The notes under the pieces: generated by a model
The model's database searches: none
Seen by the model: the letters and a program-made list of their open reading frames with translations, nothing else
What the model was told of the DNA's origin: nothing
Assembly: GCA_041742395.1 (NCBI GenBank)
Contig: JBGSIS010000010.1
Span: 724 to 64,723, forward strand
DNA from: Candidatus Saccharimonadales bacterium
Lineage (GTDB): Bacteria; Patescibacteriota; Saccharimonadia; Saccharimonadales; JACQNP01
Reading direction: 5' to 3'
DNA length: 64,000 nucleotides
Position numbers and translations under genes: made by a program
Part shown: one piece after another, positions 61,527 to 64,000 of the stretch
Layout: every line of letters starts with the position of its first letter
Numbering within the stretch: the stretch's first letter is position 1

Positions 61527-61979
61527 GTAGTTCAACTCAATAAGAAAATCTAACCAAATAGCTTCGAAAACTTTATTATCATCGGTTTTTTCATTTATCG
61601 TATTTTGAGCAATTTCTTGAAGTTCGATATTGGAGTACCATTTTGCTCCACGAGTTTCATCGAGGCTTGGAGTAATTTCATTTATATTCGTTTGTGCAGC
61701 AAAAACTGTCCAATCATGATAATCCCCTTCTGGTCTACGGCATTTGTTCTGTATACGACGGTTTTCTATGACTTTTACTAGTGAATTTATACTTAAATTA
61801 ATTCCGACTTCTTCTAGTACTTCATTAATTGCAGTTTGTTCAGGAGATCCATGCTGATCGACGTGTCCGGCCGGCGCTGCTAGCCCAAAAGGAAACTTTG
61901 CTCTGTCTATGAGTAATAATTCACCTGAATTATTAGAAATAATTACGCCTACACTTTTGTTATCGCATCGTTCGATCAT
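61518..61979 (-). CDS. Nudix hydrolase
   Basis: 153 aa. Nudix box PAGHVDQHGSPEQTAINEVLEEVGI. Confidence 0.8.
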   Translation of the reverse strand: MIERCDNKSVGVIISNNSGELLLIDRAKFPFGLAAPAGHVDQHGSPEQTAINEVLEEVGINLSINSLVKVIENRRIQNKCRRPEGDYHDWTVFAAQTNINEITPSLDETRGAKWYSNIELQEIAQNTINEKTDDNKVFEAIWLDFLIELNYLD

Positions 61980-62524
61980 GGCTGTTCTCCAAATACTATT
62001 AGTGACCTGACATTAACTCCCTGTTCTTTTAGTTTTTCAGAACCACCAAGGTGTGGAATATCTATAAGTGAACAAAATTCAATCACCGATGAACCAAATC
62101 TCTGGACAAGTTCTAACCCAGCCATAGCTGTTCCTCCGGTAGCAAGTACGTCATCGACGAGTACTATCCTGTCTTCATGGCTAATTACATTTGATTGAAT
62201 TTCTAGCTCATTAACTCCATATTCTAGTTCGTACTTAACACTCTCAACTTCTCCAGGTAATTTTCCTGGTTTTCTGAGCATTACGCATCCGACGTTTAGT
62301 CGAGCTGCCATAGCTGCACCAAAAATGAATCCTCGAGCATCAAAGCTTATTATTTTGGTGGCATCGTCTCGGTATTTTTCGGACATTTCTTCAATTAAGT
62401 CCCCAAATACCACACCATTTCCAATTAATGGGGCAATGTCATAGAATTTAATTCCAACTTTAGGGAAATCCTGAACTTCTTGGATCATTTCATGATATTG
62501 ATGTTTAGATTCTATTTGATTCAT
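61976..62524 (-). CDS. apt: Adenine phosphoribosyltransferase
   Basis: 182 aa. FYDIAPLIGN and the PRPP loop VLVDDVLATGGT. Confidence 0.9.
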   Translation of the reverse strand: MNQIESKHQYHEMIQEVQDFPKVGIKFYDIAPLIGNGVVFGDLIEEMSEKYRDDATKIISFDARGFIFGAAMAARLNVGCVMLRKPGKLPGEVESVKYELEYGVNELEIQSNVISHEDRIVLVDDVLATGGTAMAGLELVQRFGSSVIEFCSLIDIPHLGGSEKLKEQGVNVRSLIVFGEQP

Positions 62525-62599
62525 GTTGCCTCCGATTTGGTAATTAATGTTACAACCTGATAATACTGCTTAGCTAAATTATATTTAGTAAAATGGTTT

Positions 62600-63256
62600 T
62601 TACAATTCAAAATCCATTTCTAGATTCAGCCAAAATGGAAATTCATTATTTTCTACTGCTTTAATAATATCTAGAGTATCTGGAGCAAGATCGGGTGTAT
62701 TAGATATTTGTTGTTTATTAATTTTGATGGTTTTATCGATAGTAGAAGTATTTTCAAGTTTTGTGATAATTATATGAGCTACGACATGACTCATTATTTG
62801 GTTATCTGATTTAATAATTATCTCGGCTATTCCGGCTGATTTTAAATCATTTGTTGAGTAGTTAGCTTTTTCTAATAATTCACGTTTGGCGGCCGCAATA
62901 GATTGTTCGCCGATATGAACTTTGCCGCCGATCATATTTAATAGGCCGAGATATGGTTCTTTGTCCTTTTTTTGAAGGTAGTAGTTATCTTGGTCTTCAA
63001 TTAGTGTATAGGTTATTACTTTTGGTTGGTCTTTCTTGTTGACACCAATTCTCGAAAGATTATCCACTGCTGTTTTTCCTTTGTTTGTTAGTCTATATAC
63101 CCCCCTATCTTGCTTTTCAACTAATCCATCAATAATTAGCTGATTAAGGTGATATTTAAAGTGGCTACTTTCAACATTTTCAGGTTTTAGTTGACTGTAT
63201 TTCTGACTTTTGTTGATTCTTAATTGATCGAGAATATTTTTCTGATAAATATGCAT
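62600..63256 (-). CDS. Winged-helix plus degenerate Nudix-domain protein (putative regulator)
   Basis: 218 aa. N-terminal wHTH (YSQLKPENVESSHFKYHLNQLIIDGLVEK). Nudix-like GGKVHIGEQSIAAAKRELLEKANY with an incomplete EE pair. Confidence 0.55.
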   Translation of the reverse strand: MHIYQKNILDQLRINKSQKYSQLKPENVESSHFKYHLNQLIIDGLVEKQDRGVYRLTNKGKTAVDNLSRIGVNKKDQPKVITYTLIEDQDNYYLQKKDKEPYLGLLNMIGGKVHIGEQSIAAAKRELLEKANYSTNDLKSAGIAEIIIKSDNQIMSHVVAHIIITKLENTSTIDKTIKINKQQISNTPDLAPDTLDIIKAVENNEFPFWLNLEMDFEL

Positions 63257-63310
63257 GTCTGATACAAATTATATAGGGATTAAGTCCAATAAGCACAAGC
63301 AATAATGATG

Positions 63311-63339
63311 TTGCTATATATTTACATACGTGGTATAAT
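63311..63339 (+). promoter_or_regulatory. Extended -10 promoter of the last gene
   Basis: TTGCTA (63311-63316), 17 nt, TGgTATAAT (TATAAT at 63334-63339). The ATG lies 10 nt downstream. Confidence 0.45.
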
Positions 63340-63349
63340 AATCCTTACA

Positions 63350-64000
63350 ATGAATAGTTTTGAAAACGTAGTAAAAGTAGAGCCATTTGACGCGGAAGAC
63401 CAAAGAATAGCTGGACGACTAGGTATTGTAGTGCCAGAACTTTGGATGACCGATAGGTACGAAGAGCGACTTTCTTTAGAAGGTTTATCTATGCAAATTG
63501 ATCCAGATAATCTAATAAAAGCTTATGACAGGTTAGAAGTTTCACTTAAAGGTGGTGGATTTGGTGTTGTTTTCGATTCTTTAGGCTATGATGAGGGCGC
63601 TGAAACTAAAAGAGAGTATCAAATACCAAAATCATACTTTAGAAGCCAACAGCATTTACCAACATTTACGTTAGAAGCTGATCCTACTCCTACATCTGAA
63701 GAAAAATCTGCTGAGTTGGCTGACTTTGGATTACTGCTTGGCTCTTGTGCGATAGTTGATTTAATTGAAAATGAAAATGACCTCGAAGAACTTAAGGCCG
63801 GAAAGGCTAACCGAATAAACAACTCCGGTATTGTTGCTCAGGCAACTACAGCTGTAGGTAATTTGGGCGCCGTTTTAACTGGAGTTTATGAAGCTGTTCC
63901 CTATGCTGGTAGTAGTATTGGATATGCAATACTACTCGGAGGAGCTGGATCACGAATTGCGACAATGTTGAAATCTAAAAAAATAAAGTCTCAAGAATTG
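63350..64000 (+). CDS. Hypothetical protein, 5' partial view (runs off the window)
   Basis: Own translation gives MNSFENVVKVEPFDAEDQRIAGRLGIVVPELW...GAVLTGVYEAVPYAGSSIGYAILLGGAGSRIATMLKSKKIKSQEL. 217 codons are open to the window end. Not in the ORF track because no stop is reached. Confidence 0.6.
   Translation, partial: MNSFENVVKVEPFDAEDQRIAGRLGIVVPELWMTDRYEERLSLEGLSMQIDPDNLIKAYDRLEVSLKGGGFGVVFDSLGYDEGAETKREYQIPKSYFRSQQHLPTFTLEADPTPTSEEKSAELADFGLLLGSCAIVDLIENENDLEELKAGKANRINNSGIVAQATTAVGNLGAVLTGVYEAVPYAGSSIGYAILLGGAGSRIATMLKSKKIKSQEL

Noticed and set aside
1110-63822. About 45 short ORFs in the track that lie antisense to, or nested in another frame of, longer ORFs. Examples: 1110-1328, 2736-2930, 3068-3367, 3398-3871, 4699-5103, 6344-6541, 7177-7488, 8241-8459, 8690-9094, 9175-9480, 11164-11397, 24552-24842, 29254-29514, 35066-35623, 38808-39143, 43109-43522, 49431-49840, 50303-50830, 52313-52585, 56377-56598, 57463-57744, 60247-60483, 61199-61387, 63619-63822.
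   Set aside because: Each is fully covered by a longer ORF that has recognisable motifs or a coherent membrane or secreted architecture. Their translations are low-complexity and typical of shadow frames, and none has a convincing SD.
1-64000. Possibility of an alternative genetic code (UGA reassignment, as in some CPR lineages).
   Set aside because: Conserved genes (gltX, pyrH, xth, apt, coaD) translate full length under the standard code. TGA also serves as the stop in several ATGA-coupled gene junctions (2115-2118, 54571-54574, 55293-55296).

Overview
AT-rich, tightly packed bacterial chromosome segment with about 62 credible protein genes and 2 tRNAs. It uses the standard genetic code (TGA acts as a stop). 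I saw no rRNA, CRISPR array, transposase, integrase or reverse transcriptase. Housekeeping content includes gltX, pyrH, xth, coaD/coaE, apt, rlmH and several Nudix/HD salvage enzymes. There is also a sortase, a PEGA protein, a type IV pilin, a MacB-type ABC pump and very many secreted or membrane proteins of unknown function. This fits a reduced-genome, surface-specialised organism such as a CPR/Patescibacteria (Saccharibacteria-like) bacterium, but that taxonomic call is inference only. Layout: 25-5876 is a surface-glycan locus (GT-C-like membrane protein, two GT4 enzymes, flippase). 5993-9039 holds an EEP phosphoesterase, an exosortase/archaeosortase-family gene and two tandem cargo genes with a VPEIG-TM-RRR C-terminal sorting signal. 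9135-19994 is housekeeping plus sortase and pilin, with tRNA-Leu. 20.1-23.4 kb is a clearly GC-richer 5-gene island lying against the 3' end of tRNA-Ser. 23.7-29.9 kb encodes transporters, RlmH and VKOR. 30.0-35.0 kb is a WxL/Csc-like cell-surface cluster. 35.0-45.8 kb encodes a PAP2-kinase-flippase-like fusion, an RND pump, a cohesin/FN3 adhesin and a double hydrolase. 46.4-47.0 kb is a stand-alone class III nucleotide cyclase. 47.4-54.0 kb is a same-strand array of five divergent two-TM Cys-pair paralogues interleaved with two large orphan proteins. 54.0-56.6 kb is a NOX-like ferric reductase / cytochrome b5 / DUF4352-like operon. 56.7-64.0 kb covers CoA and nucleotide salvage plus regulators. 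My best candidate for an undescribed system is the 47.4-54.0 kb paralogue array, possibly one transcription unit with the NOX/cyt-b5 genes. Next come the exosortase-cargo module, the GC-rich island, the WxL-like cluster and a C8/G7 homopolymer pair in a glycosyltransferase. All family calls are from motifs read by eye; no database search was run.
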